A DNA stretch of 64,000 nt from Macrostomum hystrix. Taxonomy: Eukaryota; Animalia; Platyhelminthes. The DNA lies in assembly GCA_950097015.1 (NCBI GenBank), contig CATNEN010000001.1, forward strand, positions 13,764,001 through 13,828,000, read 5' to 3'. The translations under genes were made by a program, and so were the position numbers. Below, piece by piece: positions 35,301-47,995 of the stretch. The stretch's first letter is position 1. Each line of letters starts with the position of its first letter. The notes under the pieces are model-generated. The model was not told the DNA's origin. It saw nothing but the letters and a program-made list of their open reading frames with translations, and searched no databases.

Positions 35301-38300
35301 GGTCTCTGGTACGTGGTGACTCTGGGCTATGGCAGTGGTTCAAGTGCCAGTAGCAGTCCTGGAGGCAGCCTTGGCGGCAGTGGCAGTTCCGCGACTAGCA
35401 AAAACGAGGAGCCAGTAAGTAACTTTATTGAAGAATTCAGCATTTTTTAATTCCGCGGGCTGTGTGTATCCATCTGTCTATTTCAAAGAAATCTTAATAG
35501 TCTAAATAGTAACCTGAAACCCTGAACCTTTAGGTGAATACCGTTTTCCAAATACCTGAATCTTCAGGTGAAACCCGCATCCCCCAAACCCTGAACCTTC
35601 AGGCGAAACCCGCATCCCCAAACCCAGAATCTTCAGGCGAAACGCGCAACCCCAAACCCTGAATCTTCAGGTGAAACTCGCATCCCCCAAACCCTGAATC
35701 TTCAGGTGAAACTCGCATCCCCCAAACCCTGAATCTTCAGGTGAAACTCGCATCCCCAAACCCAGAATCTTCAGGCGAAACGCGCAACCCCAAACCCTGA
35801 ATCTTCAGGTGAAACTCGCATCCCCCAAACCCTGAATCTTCAGGTGAAACTCGCATCCCCAAACCCTGGATCTTCAGGTGAAACCCGCATCCCCAAACCC
35901 TGAATCTTCAGGTGAAACTCGCATCCCCCAAACCCTGAATCTTCAGGTGAAACCCGCATCCCCAAACCCAGAATCTTCAGGCGAAACGCGCATCCCCAAA
36001 TCCGGAATCTTCAGGTGGAACTCGCATCCCCCAAATCCGGAATCTTCAGGTGGAACTCGCATCCCCCAAACCCGGAATCTTCAGGTGAAAACCGCATCCC
36101 CAAACCCTGAACCTTCAGGCGAAACCCGCATCCCCAAACCCTGAATCTTCAGGCGAAACGCGCAACCCAAACCCTGAATCTTCAGGCGAAAAGCGCAACC
36201 CAAACCCTGAATCTTCAGGTGAAACCCGCATCCCCACACCCAGAATCTTCAGGTGGAACTCGCATCCCCCAAATCCGGAATCTTCAGGTGGAACTCGCAT
36301 CCCCCAAATCCGGAATCTTCAGGTGGAACTCGCATCCCCCAAATCCGGAATCTTCAGGTGGAACTCGCATCCCCCAAATCCGGAATCTTCAGGTGGAACT
36401 CGCATCCCCCAAACCCTGAATCTTCAGGTGAAAACCGCATCCCCAAACCCTGAATCTTCAGTTGAAACCCGCATCCCCAAACCCAGAATCTTCAGGCGAA
36501 AAGCGCAACCCAAACCCTGAATCTTCAGGCGAAAAGCGCAACCCAAACCCTGAATCTTCAGGTGAAAACCGCATCCCCCAAACCCTGAATCTTCAGGCAA
36601 AACGCGCATCCCCAAACCCTGAATCTTCAGGCAAAAGGCGCATCCCCAAACCCTGAATCTTTAGGCAAAAGGCGCATCCCCAAACCCTGAATCTTCAGGC
36701 AAAAGGCGCATCCCCAAACCCTGAATCTTCAGGCAAAAGGCGCATCCCCAAACCCTGAATCTTCAGGCAAAAGGCGCATCCCCAAACCCTGAATCTTCAG
36801 GCAAAAGGCGCATCCCCAAACCCTGAATCTTCAGGCAAAACGCGCATCCCCAAACCCTGAATCTTCAGGCAAAACGCGCATCCCCAAACCCTGAATCTTC
36901 AGGCAAAAGGCGCATCCCCAAACCCTGAATCTTCAGGCAAAAGGCGCATCCCCAAACCCTGAACCTTCAGGTGGAACTCGCATCCTCCAAACCCGGAATC
37001 TTCAGGTGAAACCCGCATCCCCAAATCCGGAATCTTCAGGTGAAACCCGCATCCCCAAACCCAGAATCTTCAGGCGAAACGCGCAACCTCAAGCCCTGAA
37101 TCTTAGGTGAAACCTGCATCCCCTAAACCCTGAAGCCAGTGATATTTCGGAATTTCCAAGCAAGCCAAATTCTTCCTTACCTACAGAGCCGAGTGGAACT
37201 CAAGCGCAGCCTTTTGAGTCGCCAGAGTCTTCTACTCTGTCTATCGCTTGCCCTGAGTCCTGGCTATTCAGCCCTCGCTGACAATGTAGATAATGATAAT
37301 GAAGAACTGGGCACTCCATATCGGGACACCCTGCTAGAATGCGACGCAAAATTGCTAGGCAACTATCCGGCGTTGCTAGGCGCCATTGGATCCAATCTGC
37401 CACGAGACGAAGCACTCCTGCTGCTGTACCTCCTGCTGCATCCGAGCGGGTCTCACGCTCTCAGAAATCACATGGCATCGGCTGGCAGCAGTCATCCTCA
37501 GTTGCTGGCAGGCCTAATGCTGCCGCTGCTGCAGTGTGTGCATTCCGCACAAACTGAACCGCAGTCTCACAGACTGTACATGGCTATGATTGCCCTGCTG
37601 ATGCTCACAGAACAGCCGGACCTGTGCAGGACTATGCACACCACACCACTGCCCAATGCCTGCTCGCCTGCTTGGCTTGCGGAGCGCCAACTTGGTCCGC
37701 AAGGCACCCTTGGCAGCCTACTCATAGTAGTGCTAGCCAGATGCGTGCAGTTGAATCTGCATCGACTCGGAAAAGGCAACAGCGGCGGCTATTTGCCTAG
37801 CAACTGTTTAGCTGCTTTGGCCAATCAGTCGACTCAAGCTAGGTCTCTGCATCCCTACGCCTGTCAGAAGCTGCTTGGACTGCTGCCGCTCATTGCGAAC
37901 CGATTGGAGAAGTTAGAGCAGCAGCTGAAGACACCTAATTGGTGAGGAGATTCTTTCTGAAGGTTCAGGGTTGTAGGTCTCACCTAAAGGTTCAGGGATG
38001 TAGGTTTCACCTGAAGGTTCAGGGATGTAGGTCTTACCTGAAGGTTCAGGGATGTAGGTCTCACCTGAAGGTTCAGAGTTGTATATTTTACCTGAAGCTT
38101 CAGGGTTGTAGATTTCCCCTGAAGGTTCAGGTTTACAGATTTCCCCTGAAGGTTCAGGTTTACAGATTTCACCTGAAGGTTCAAGGTTGTAGATTTCACC
38201 TGAAATTCCAGGTTTATTGGTTTCACCTGAAGGTTCAGGGTTGTAGATTTTACCTGAAGGTTCAGGGATGTAGGTCTCACCTGAAGGTTCAGGTTTACAG

Positions 38301-40007
38301 ATTTCCCCTGAAGGTTCAGGTTTACAGATTTCACCTGAAGGTTCAAGGTTGTAGATTTCACCTGAAATTCCAGGTTTATTGGTTTCACCTGAAGGTTCAG
38401 GGTTGTAGATTTTACCTGAAGGTTCAGGGTTTTAGGTTTCACCTGAAGCTTCAGGGTTCTAGATTTTATCTGAAGGATTATGTTTTTCAATTTCACCGGA
38501 AGGTTCAGGGCTGAATATTTCACCTGAAATTCCAGGTTTTTTGTTTTCACCTGAAGGTTCAGGGTTGTAGGTGTCCCCTGAAGGTTCAGGGTAATATATT
38601 TCACCTAAAGGTTCAGCGTTTTGATAGTTGTTCGCACCTGAAGGTTTAGGGTTTATTGTAGCGGATTAGTCCTTGAGAGAATTCTTCAATATTTTCAGTC
38701 CGCAGTCGACAGCCGCTGAAATCGCCGCCCTGGAGTCAGCTAGTCGCAGCGTCCTGGAAGTGGTGAACGGCACGCTGAGCCGAGTGAGTCTGGCAGCCAA
38801 CCCCCACCTGGTGTACACTCTCCTGCATCAGCGCTCAGCTCTGTTCAGCAAGCGGCTGCTGCAGAATCGCCCCGAACTGGCCGAACTGGCTGCCAATCTC
38901 CAGACTGTTTCGCAACACTTCGCAGCCGCCATTGCCAGAGACTCCGCAGCCGGGGGCACAACACCAGCCGCCGCCGCCGATCAGCTCAAGGAGTCGGCGG
39001 ACGCCGTGCCGCTGCCGCCTCCGTCGCAACTGTCGGAGGCTCGCATAATGCAGGTGAGCGACCTTTTTCAAACCTGAACCCTCAGTAAGTGTACCAACCT
39101 GAGGCCCTGAACCTCAGGGACAATACCCTAGCCCATGTTCTTCAAGGTGACACCCGCAATCCGAAACCCTGAACCTTCAGGTTGCAGTATTTACCCCAAA
39201 CCATGAACCCTCAGATTGATACCGCTACCACAAGCCCTGAACATTCAGGTTAATACCGCTTCTTTAAACCCTGAACCTTCAGGTTAATACCACTTCTTTA
39301 AACCCTGAACCTTCAGGTTAATACCGCTTCTTTAAACCCTGAACCTTCAGGTTAATACCGCTTCTTTAAACCCTGAACCTTCAGGTTAATACCGCTTCTT
39401 CAAACCCTGAACCTTTAGGTTAATACCACTTGCCCAAACCCTGAACCTTCAGGTTAATACCGCTTCTTTAAACCCTCGACTTTCAGGTTAATACCACTTC
39501 TCCAAACCCTGAACCTTCAGGCGAATAGCGCTTCCACAAACCCTGAACGTTGAATTGGAATACACAACCTTTTAAATAGATTTCAGAATTTAATCAAAGA
39601 AGCAAATGCTTCTAGTCTACTTACAGTAGTTTAAAACTGAATTGTCTCTCCAATTCCTGCTTCTCCGCAAGGTGATCAACTCCAGCTGCGCCAGTTTCAA
39701 GCGCGACCGGCTGCGCCAGTTCCCGGAGCCGCGTTTCAAATACGTTGAAGAGGCCGCCCCGGATGACTTCTTTGTGCCCTACATCTGGGCTCTGGTGTAC
39801 AAGCACTCGGGACTGTACTTCAATGCCTCCAGGATCACCCTGCTCAGACCGGCTGCCTCCGTGGCCGCCGCTTCCACGGCTGACCCGCCTGCTTCTGCTC
39901 CTGCTTCAAAGACCTCCACAGCCGCAGCTGCTGCAGCATCGGCTTCCACCGCTTCGACCTCCGCGGCCGCCTCCGCCTCGAGCTCCATGGAGACCACAAT
40001 TGTTTGA
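32384..40007 (+). CDS. DYM: Dymeclin, ~819 aa
   Basis: Exons 32384-32851, 34619-35020, 35271-35414, 37187-37941, 38699-39053, 39672-40007 (2460 nt in frame). MGSSVS myristoylation start, NNRSSGNLNALL, LATGLWYVVTLG, HRLYMAMIALLMLTE, YLPSNCLAALAN..LHPYACQKL, NPHLVYTLL, FPEPRFKYVEEAAPDDFFVPYIW. Confidence 0.95.
32968..34590. repeat. 15-bp minisatellite in dymeclin intron 1
   Basis: Unit AAACTTCAAATCCCC, ~105 copies, with a recurring variant block about every 0.4 kb. Confidence 0.97.
35517..37133 (+). repeat. 33-34-bp minisatellite in dymeclin intron 3 (CCCTGAATCTTCAGG core, forward)
   Basis: Unit AAACCCTGAATCTTCAGG(T/C)GAAACTCGCATCCCC(C), ~48 copies. Confidence 0.96.
37958..38651 (-). repeat. 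27-bp minisatellite in dymeclin intron 4 (same core, reverse orientation)
   Basis: Unit TTTCACCTGAAGGTTCAGGGTTGTAGA; its reverse complement contains AACCCTGAACCTTCAGGTGAAA. ~25 copies. Confidence 0.95.
39071..39550 (+). repeat. 34-bp minisatellite in dymeclin intron 5 (same core, forward)
   Basis: Unit AAACCCTGAACCTTCAGGTTAATACCGCTTCTTT, ~14 copies, degenerate at the 5' side. Confidence 0.93.
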
Positions 40008-40231
40008 TAAACGACCTAAGATTCCCGTGTTGATTGTTTATCGTTTATAAGTTTGATTTTATTTGTTATTACTCGTTTAAAAATTTGTTTAAATCATCCA
40101 TCACAAGTTTTTCATTAAGCATGAACTTTACTTGCTCGTTAACCAACCCGCACCACCTTACAGTGCATCCCGTTTTTTGGGGTTGTGCTTTAATATTGGC
40201 GTTTTCTTATTCCCTAAGTAAATAGGCGCGT

Positions 40232-40586
40232 TCCTCAACCCACCCGCCACAATGTACATTGAGTCGCTCCTTAACCCACCCGCCACAATGTACATTGAGT
40301 CGCTCCTTAACCCACCCGCCACAATGTACATTGAGTCGCTCCTTAACCCACCCGCCACAATGTACATTGAGTCGCTCCTCAACCCACCCGCCACAATGTA
40401 CATTGAGTCGCTCCTTAACCCACCCGCCACATTGTACATTGAGTCGCTCCTTAACCCACCCGCCACAATGTACATTGAGTCACTCCTTAACCCACCCGCC
40501 ACAATGTACATTGAGTCGCTCCTTAACCCACCCGCCACAATGTACATTGAGTCACTCCTTAACCCACTCGCCACAATGTACATTGA
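40232..40586. repeat. 36-bp minisatellite downstream of dymeclin stop
   Basis: Unit CCCACCCGCCACAATGTACATTGAGTCGCTCCTTAA, ~10 copies. Confidence 0.96.
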
Positions 40587-41916
40587 GAAAGTGTTTAAAT
40601 CACGTTTTAGGCAACGTTTTTTATATTTTGTTTTTTTAATCTTCCATTAACAATTAATTACGAGTTTTGTACATTAAACACATGTACAAGCTAGTTTGTA
40701 TGTTTGTTTTATCCAGCGTCGGATTTTTAAACGTCATTTTATCTTACGTAAAATTAAACCATTTTTTCGTTCGTTCAAATCAATGAATTTTAAAGATATT
40801 TGTTTTAGTATTTCGGTGAATGAAGTCAGTTTCTTGTGTGTCATTGCGCATACTTTTCAAAATCGTGCACAAAAAAGGAATATTATAACAAATTTCTAAA
40901 ATCTGTTTGCATATGTTTGCCCCAATACTCGATACTCATATATATTTATCTACTTATATATGAAGATCCTAAAAGTTTATATGTGCAACTGTGTCTTATA
41001 TTTGTTTTATTTAATTAACAAACAGCTATCCTCATTTTTTATTTATACATTCTCAAACTGAGTCATTTTTATAGTGCCTTACTCTTCAGAATATAAAATT
41101 GAACTCTTATTGTTTACGAACAGTAATAAAACTGCAGTTTTTGTTTTACCACTCTTCTAATATTTAAAATGAATATCATCCGTAGTTTTTACGATAGTTA
41201 CTCAATTTGAAAATAATTAAATATGATAGCTTCAATAAAGTTACATGACTAAATTATAATAAGTTTAATTTACTGTCTTTTTTCCGCTTTATCCTCCATT
41301 TTTCTCTCAGATGTGGTTCTTGTTGCACCGATAAAAACATGAAACGTTATGATTTTTGTATCTGATGATGTCAATTAGTGTCGTTTCATTCTGCCAAAAC
41401 CTACGTGGAAATTGTCTAGTAAAACAAAATTACACTTTCTTCACGCCATAATGATTATTTTATTATGAGCACATTTTATATTCTTTCTTAAGGCTTGTTG
41501 AATTTTTTATGAAACAGTACTACTGAACTCATAAGTAGTATCATTGAAGTGTATCTATCCTTCAGATTTTCTTAAAAAACTCGAGACTAGTGTCTTATCC
41601 TTATTCTTATCCTGGGAATAGAATGCTCATATAATAAAATTCCTTATTCGCCTAGGATCAGCTAAGCAATGTTGGTCCAGCCACTAATGGACTGAGTGGA
41701 GTGAATTTCCGGGTCGATTTAAAATTCTTGTAGCTAAAAGGCAGCTACATTTTTCTGGCACATGCGCTTCATTTATTTGCAGTCTGGTCCCATTTAGCTC
41801 ACAGAGCCATTTTCTCTGCTTTCCGCCTTTCTCGTTCTCCGTCTGTCTCCTACGATTCTCTAACTCTCCCCCTCTTTCACAGTTTCTTAAAACCTCCCTC
41901 TATTTTTCTCACCCGC

Positions 41917-43120
41917 AAAATCTCCCCCTGTCTTTCCCAACCCCAAAATCTCCCCCTCTGTCTTTCCCACCCCAAAATCTCCCCCTGTCTTTCCCAACCC
42001 CAAAATCTCCCCCTCTGTCTTTCCCACCCCAAAATCTCCCCCTGTCTTTCCCACCCCCAAAATCTCCCCCTCTGTCTTTCCCAACCCCAAAATCTCCCCC
42101 TGTGTCTTTCCCAACCCCAAAATCTCCCCCTCTGTCTTTCCCAACCCCAAAATCTCCCCCTCTGTCTTTCCCACCCCCAAAATCTCCCCCTCTGTCTTTC
42201 CCAACCCCAAAATCTCCCCCTCTGTCTTTCCCAACCCCAAAATCTCCCCCTCTGTCTTTCCCACCCCCAAAATCTCCCCCTCTGTCTTTCCCAACCCCAA
42301 AATCTCCCCCTGTGTCTTTCCCAACCCCAAAATCTCCCCCTCTGTCTTTCCCAACCCCAAAATCTCCCCCTCTGTCTTTCCCACCCCCAAAATCTCCCCC
42401 TCTGTCTTTCCCAACCCCAAAATCTCCCCCTCTGTCTTTCCCAACCCCAAAATCTCCCCCTCTGTCTTTCCCACCCCCAAAATCTCCCCCTCTGTCTTTC
42501 CCAACCCCAAAATCTCCCCCTCTGTCTTTCCCAACCCCAAAATCTCCCCCTCTGTCTTTCCCACCCCCAAAATCTCCCCCTCTGTCTTTCCCAACCCCAA
42601 AATCTCCCCCTCTGTCTTTCCCAACCCCAAAATCTCCCCCTCTGTCTTTCCCAACCCCAAAATCTCCCCCTCTGTCTTTCCCAACCCCAAAACCTCCCCC
42701 TCTGTCTTTCCCACCCCCAAAATCTCCCCCTCTGTCTTTCCCAACCCCAAAATCTCCCCCTCTGTCTTTCCCAACCCCAAAATCTCCCCCTCTGTCTTTC
42801 CCACCCCCAAAATCTCCCCCTCTGTCTTTCCCACCCCCAAAATCTCCCCCTCTGTCTTTCCCACCCCCAAAATCTCCCCCTCTGTCTTTCCCAACCCCAA
42901 AACCTCCCCCTCTGTCTTTCCCACCCCCAAAATCTCCCCCTCTGTCTTTCCCAACCCCAAAATCTCCCCCTCTGTCTTTCCCAACCCCAAAATCTCCCCC
43001 TCTGTCTTTCCCACCCCCAAAATCTCCCCCTCTGTCTTTCCCACCCCCAAAATCTCCCCCTCTGTCTTTCCCACCCCCAAAATCTCCCCCTCTGTCTTTC
43101 CCACCCCGAAAATCTCCCCT
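41917..43120. repeat. 30-bp C-rich minisatellite
   Basis: Unit CCA(A/C)CCCCAAAATCTCCCCCTCTGTCTTTC, ~40 copies. Confidence 0.97.
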
Positions 43121-44087
43121 ATCTTTTTCTTATATCCCAAATCTCCCCTCTCCCTTGACCTCGAAATCTCCCAATTTTTCCCTAATTTCATCAAAGTCTT
43201 TTCTTTGTCAAACTATTTCAATCCTGCCTGCATTTCTATACAAGTGTCTTTCGTAGGCTGTCTCTCCCGCTTGCACTACTCTAAGCCTTGATCTCGCGCA
43301 GCTAATGCCGAAGAGGCACTTGAAATTCTCCACTTTTAATGTCTCGAGTTGTTCGGCTATGAGATGCTTGAGTTAGATCATAAGAGCTCATGAACCATCG
43401 CAGTTGCTAGATAATGAGTTGGGTCCGCACTAATGGCTTGGTTGGCAGGATTAGCTATGGAGAATTTAGCATTCGCTGTTGACAGATTAACTGGATGAAG
43501 ATGCTATATATTTGTCTCCGTCAGACTCCAAGACTTCTAGATCCCCAAATCGTGTCTTCTCGTAATACTAAAGCCTGAAAAATTGGGGGACTTGAGGGTG
43601 GGGCAAGGCAGAGTGCTTTTCATCTCCCAGTTTCTCTCATCCAATCATGTGCGCCCAAATCCCTGAATCCCGTAACTCCGGCCGTCTGTTCCCCAAAGGG
43701 GATGCTTTGCTAAGCGTGTCCAGTTGGGATATCATATAAATGGGTCCCCAAGCACTTTCTTACTCTCCTATCTCTTCCTAAGCCACTAAAATCTGTTGGA
43801 CATTCCGGGCCACACCCGGTACGTCTTTTAAGCCTTCGATTTTCTAATCCGTCTGCATGCTTTCTTAGGCCTGAAATCTCTTTTTGACTTGTTGATTGAA
43901 GCCCCGTTAAAGCTGGCTGTGATTTCTAGATTTTGTGTTCCAAAAATAGAAGTCTGACTTCCAATTTTCCGATCTGAAGAATCTCCTGACATTGTAGAGA
44001 AGGTGATCGTGAGAAGGTGAGCTAAGAATTTTTTTATTTAAAAATTCCCTTATCATCTTGGCATCTCGGTGGTTTTGGAGTCTTCCC

Positions 44088-44350
44088 TCCCCGGATGAGA
44101 ATCCCTTGGGGTATTCCCCCGATTAGAATCCCTTTAGTTTTCCCAGGATGAGAATCTCTTGGGGTATTCCCCGGGTGAGAATCCCTTTAGTTTTCCCAGG
44201 ACGAGAATCTCTTGGGGTATTCCTCCAATAATAATCACTTGGGTTATTCCCCGGATGAGAATCCCTTGGGTAATCCCCGGATGAGAATCACTTGGGATAT
44301 TCCCAGGATGAGAATCTCTTGGGGTATTCCCCGGATGAGAATCTCTTGTG
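44088..44350. repeat. Degenerate ~27-30-bp tandem repeat
   Basis: Recurring CCCGGATGAGAATC(C/T)CTTGGGGTATT units. Confidence 0.8.
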
Positions 44351-45627
44351 GGAATGTGAATCCTGTGGAGTCTTCCCCGGATGTGGATTTCCCCTTGGGT
44401 CTTCCCCGCATGCAAGTCCCAAGGGGTATACCCCAAGGGGGTCTGTTGGGTTTACCCCGCATTTAGTCTATGTTTATCTAGTCTTCAATCGCTAGTACTA
44501 ACTAGATGAGTTCTGAGAATGAATCCGACTGATAAAGTTAGCTGCCTGCTGAATATTTCACAGTTTATTGTGGCCTGGAACCAATGTGCCTTAGAAAGAT
44601 TATTCTTTGATTCGTTCTCCCGGGATAACTTTATTGCCTCGCTGCATCTTAGCTCGCGAATTGTACTCTTCATTGTCTGGCCCTATATAGCCGCGTATTT
44701 TCTGCCCTTTTAGAATCAGCACTTTTCGCACTAGTTTTTCCTTTGTAGATAATTAATCAGCAGAATGTTTCATCTGTCTGTTTCTACGGGTAGTTTGTTT
44801 CTTTGGTTTGATTTTGATTGTTGTTGGCAGCGACTGTAGCGATCCCGCCTCTCTGTGTCTGTGCGCGCAATGTGAATCGATCGTTAGGACTGAGCGCGTG
44901 CTGAGATCCTCTTACACTTTGGCGGCGGGAGGTGGCTGACAGGTGGGGAGACACGGGGAGTCAGGTACTGAGCTCTAGTTAGTTAGGCTATAGGAATTTA
45001 CGAGTAGCTGGATGAAGCACTGTAGTTTTATTCTTTCTACCCTTTTCAAAATATTCTAGGTGTTGCAATCGCACTCAATCCCAACTTCCAGCTTCCTATC
45101 GCACTCAATCCCAAATCCCTTTCTTGCGAATTGTCACTACTGGCTATTTTAGTTTTTACTTTCACCTTTTCCGGCCATGCAGAACGCAGGCACAGCCCGC
45201 AATCTTAAATATCAGGCTAACCAAGGTAGATTAGATTGAGAATATCTGGGGCTCGGCTTATCTGCTAGTGCGCCTGGCCGTGCGTGTCAATCATTCTATT
45301 TCTAAATCCCCTCAATCCATTTCGCCCAGCCAGCCACTTCACCGCCCCTCTAGTGTGCGCTGGGAACAATAGTTTGGCCTCATTAAAATTCATCTCCCTT
45401 CAAACTGCAAGGATTACTAATTAGTAATTCGCGAATTATCACGAATCCTTAGTTTAGTCAACTTGGCTGAAATTTCAGACCTTCTTTAAAGCACGCAGAT
45501 CTTATAATTAAAAAATAAAAACATCGTTTATTTTGTGAACTTCTGAGCAGTATATAAAAAAGTAATAATCTGCTGAATGTATATTTAATTACCAATCGAC
45601 AAAAAACACTCAGCAGCCAAAAACTTA

Positions 45628-47055
45628 ACCCCTCACCCAAACTATTCCGCCATCAAACTCTTCCTATCCGCCACCACCTCACTCCTCCGCCAGCGCACAA
45701 ATTTAGAACCCCTTACCCCAAACTCTTCCCATCCGCCACCACCTCACTCCTCCGCAAGCGCACAAATTTAGAACCCCTTACCCCAAACTCTTCCCATCCG
45801 CCACCACCTCACTCCTCCGCCAGCGCACAAATTTAGAACCCCTTACCCCAAACTCTTCCCATCCGCCACCACCTCACTCCTCCGCCAGCGCACAAATTTA
45901 GAACCCCTTACCCCAAACTCTTCCCATCCGCCACCACCTCACTCCTCCACCAGCGCACAAATTTAGAATCCCTCAACCCAAACTTTTTCTATCCGCCTCC
46001 ACCCCACTCCTCCGCCAGCGCACAAATTTAGAACCCCTCACCCCAAACTCTTCCTATCCGCCACCGCCTCACTCCTTCGCCAGCGCACAAACAAATTCCC
46101 TCACCCCAAACTCTTACATTCCGCCACCACCTCACTCCTCCGCCAGCGCACAAACAAATTCCCTCACCCCAAACTCTTACATTCCGCCACCGCCTCACTC
46201 CTCCGCCAGCGCACAAACAAATTCCCTCACCCCAGACTCTTACATTCCGCCACCACCTCACTCCTCCGCCAGCGCACAAACAAATTCCCTCACCCCAAAC
46301 TCTTACATTCCGCCACCACCTCACTCCTCTGCCAGCGCACAAATTTAGAAACCCTCACCCTAAACTATTCCTATCCGCCACCACCTCACTCCTCCGCCAG
46401 CGCACAAATTTAGAACCCCTCACCCCAAACTCTTCCTATCCGCCACCGCCTCACTCCTCCGCCAGCGCACAAACAAATTCCCTCACCCCAAACTCTTACA
46501 TTCCGCCACCACCTCACTCCTCCGCCAGCGCACAAACAAATTCCCTCACCCCAAACTCTTACATTCCGCCACCGCCTCACTCCTCCGCCAGCGCACAAAC
46601 AAATTCTCTCACCCCAAACTCTTACATTCCGCCACCACCTCACTCCTCTGCCAGCGCACAAATTTAGAAACCCTCACCCTAAACTATTCCTATCCGCCAC
46701 CACCTCACTCCTCCGCCAGCGCACAAATTTAGAACCCCTTACCCCAAACTCTTCCCATCCGCCACCACCTCACTCCTCCGCCAGCGCACAAACAAATTCC
46801 CTCACCCCAAACTCTTACATTCCGCCACCACCTCACTCCTGCCAGCGCACAAATTTAGAACCCCTTACCCCAAACTCTTCCCATCCGCCACCACCTCACT
46901 CCTCCGCCAGCGCACAAACAAATTCCCTCACCCCAAACTCTTACATTCCGCCACCACCCCACTCCTCCGCCAGCGCACAAATTTAGAAACCCTCACCCCA
47001 AACTCTTCCTATCCGCCACCACCTCACTACTCCGCCAGCGCACAGATTTAGAACC
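45628..47055. repeat. 63-65-bp minisatellite
   Basis: Unit CCCCAAACTCTTCCCATCCGCCACCACCTCACTCCTCCGCCAGCGCACAAATTTAGAACCCCTTA plus a 63-bp variant, ~22 copies. Confidence 0.95.
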
Positions 47056-47236
47056 TCAATTCTGTGGCCCTAGATAAACTCCACTACTCCAGGAAAGCAC
47101 AAAATCAATCCCTGGTTTTAAACCATATTTGCTAATTTAATTCTTCAACACCAATTTCCACAGCATTCTTCGTGCCTAAGCCATCAGTCGGAGCATCCGC
47201 TGCGTCTAGCGGAGGCCTCGACCCTAGCAAACCTCG

Positions 47237-47951
47237 ATGGGCAACCAGGCCAGCGGCGGTTCGGGCGCCAACCGGCGTCGACACCGCGGCGGCAACACTG
47301 GCCCGCTAGGCGGCACAATGCCGTCCGATAGTTTAATGTCGTTGAGTCTGAGAGGCAGCGGCGGAATTTTAGCTTGTAACTGCGATCCGGACACAGCCGC
47401 TCTGTTGCAGTCCTCACTGGCACAGAGCTATCGCCCCGGCTTGAAATGGTGCAATCACGAGGGTCGCCTTTGGTCGGCAAAGCTTCAGGGTCAGCCCTGG
47501 CACAGCCAGTGTCCCAGAGAAATCGATCAGATGGCCAAGCACTCACTTTGCCAACTGTTACAGGCGCTGCTGCGTGCCGGCTGGCGTCAGCCTGTTGCCA
47601 TAGAAACACTGAGACGTTCCCAGCTTTGCACGTGGCTGTTTGTTAGGAAGGCGCCATTACCAGAAGCGGAAGTGTTCTGTCTGGCGCCTTGCTGCTCAGA
47701 TCGCTTGCTGTTGCTGGGCAGACCGCCTCCCGGCGCTTTTGATGCTGTCAGCCGGGCCGTTCTGCGCTTCTGGCCGAAGGGACTGCGGCCCGCCACTGCC
47801 GCTCCCGGCGCCTCCTGCTCCAGGGCGACTGGTGAGTGAGCAGTGAGTGAGTGAGTGATTAAGAGTAGTTAAAAGAGCAAGTGAAAAAATTTAGGTATTC
47901 TTTTTTTAATTATTCATCTAATTCAGGAGGTCAAACCAGTTCCGCGAATCA

Positions 47952-47995
<44 letters not shown>

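Noticed and set aside
41560-44030. Minus-strand pseudogene or retroelement relic flanking the 30-bp array
   Set aside because: The frames look vaguely protein-like, but stop density is about random in the frames I translated and no recognisable motif was found. It needs BLASTx.
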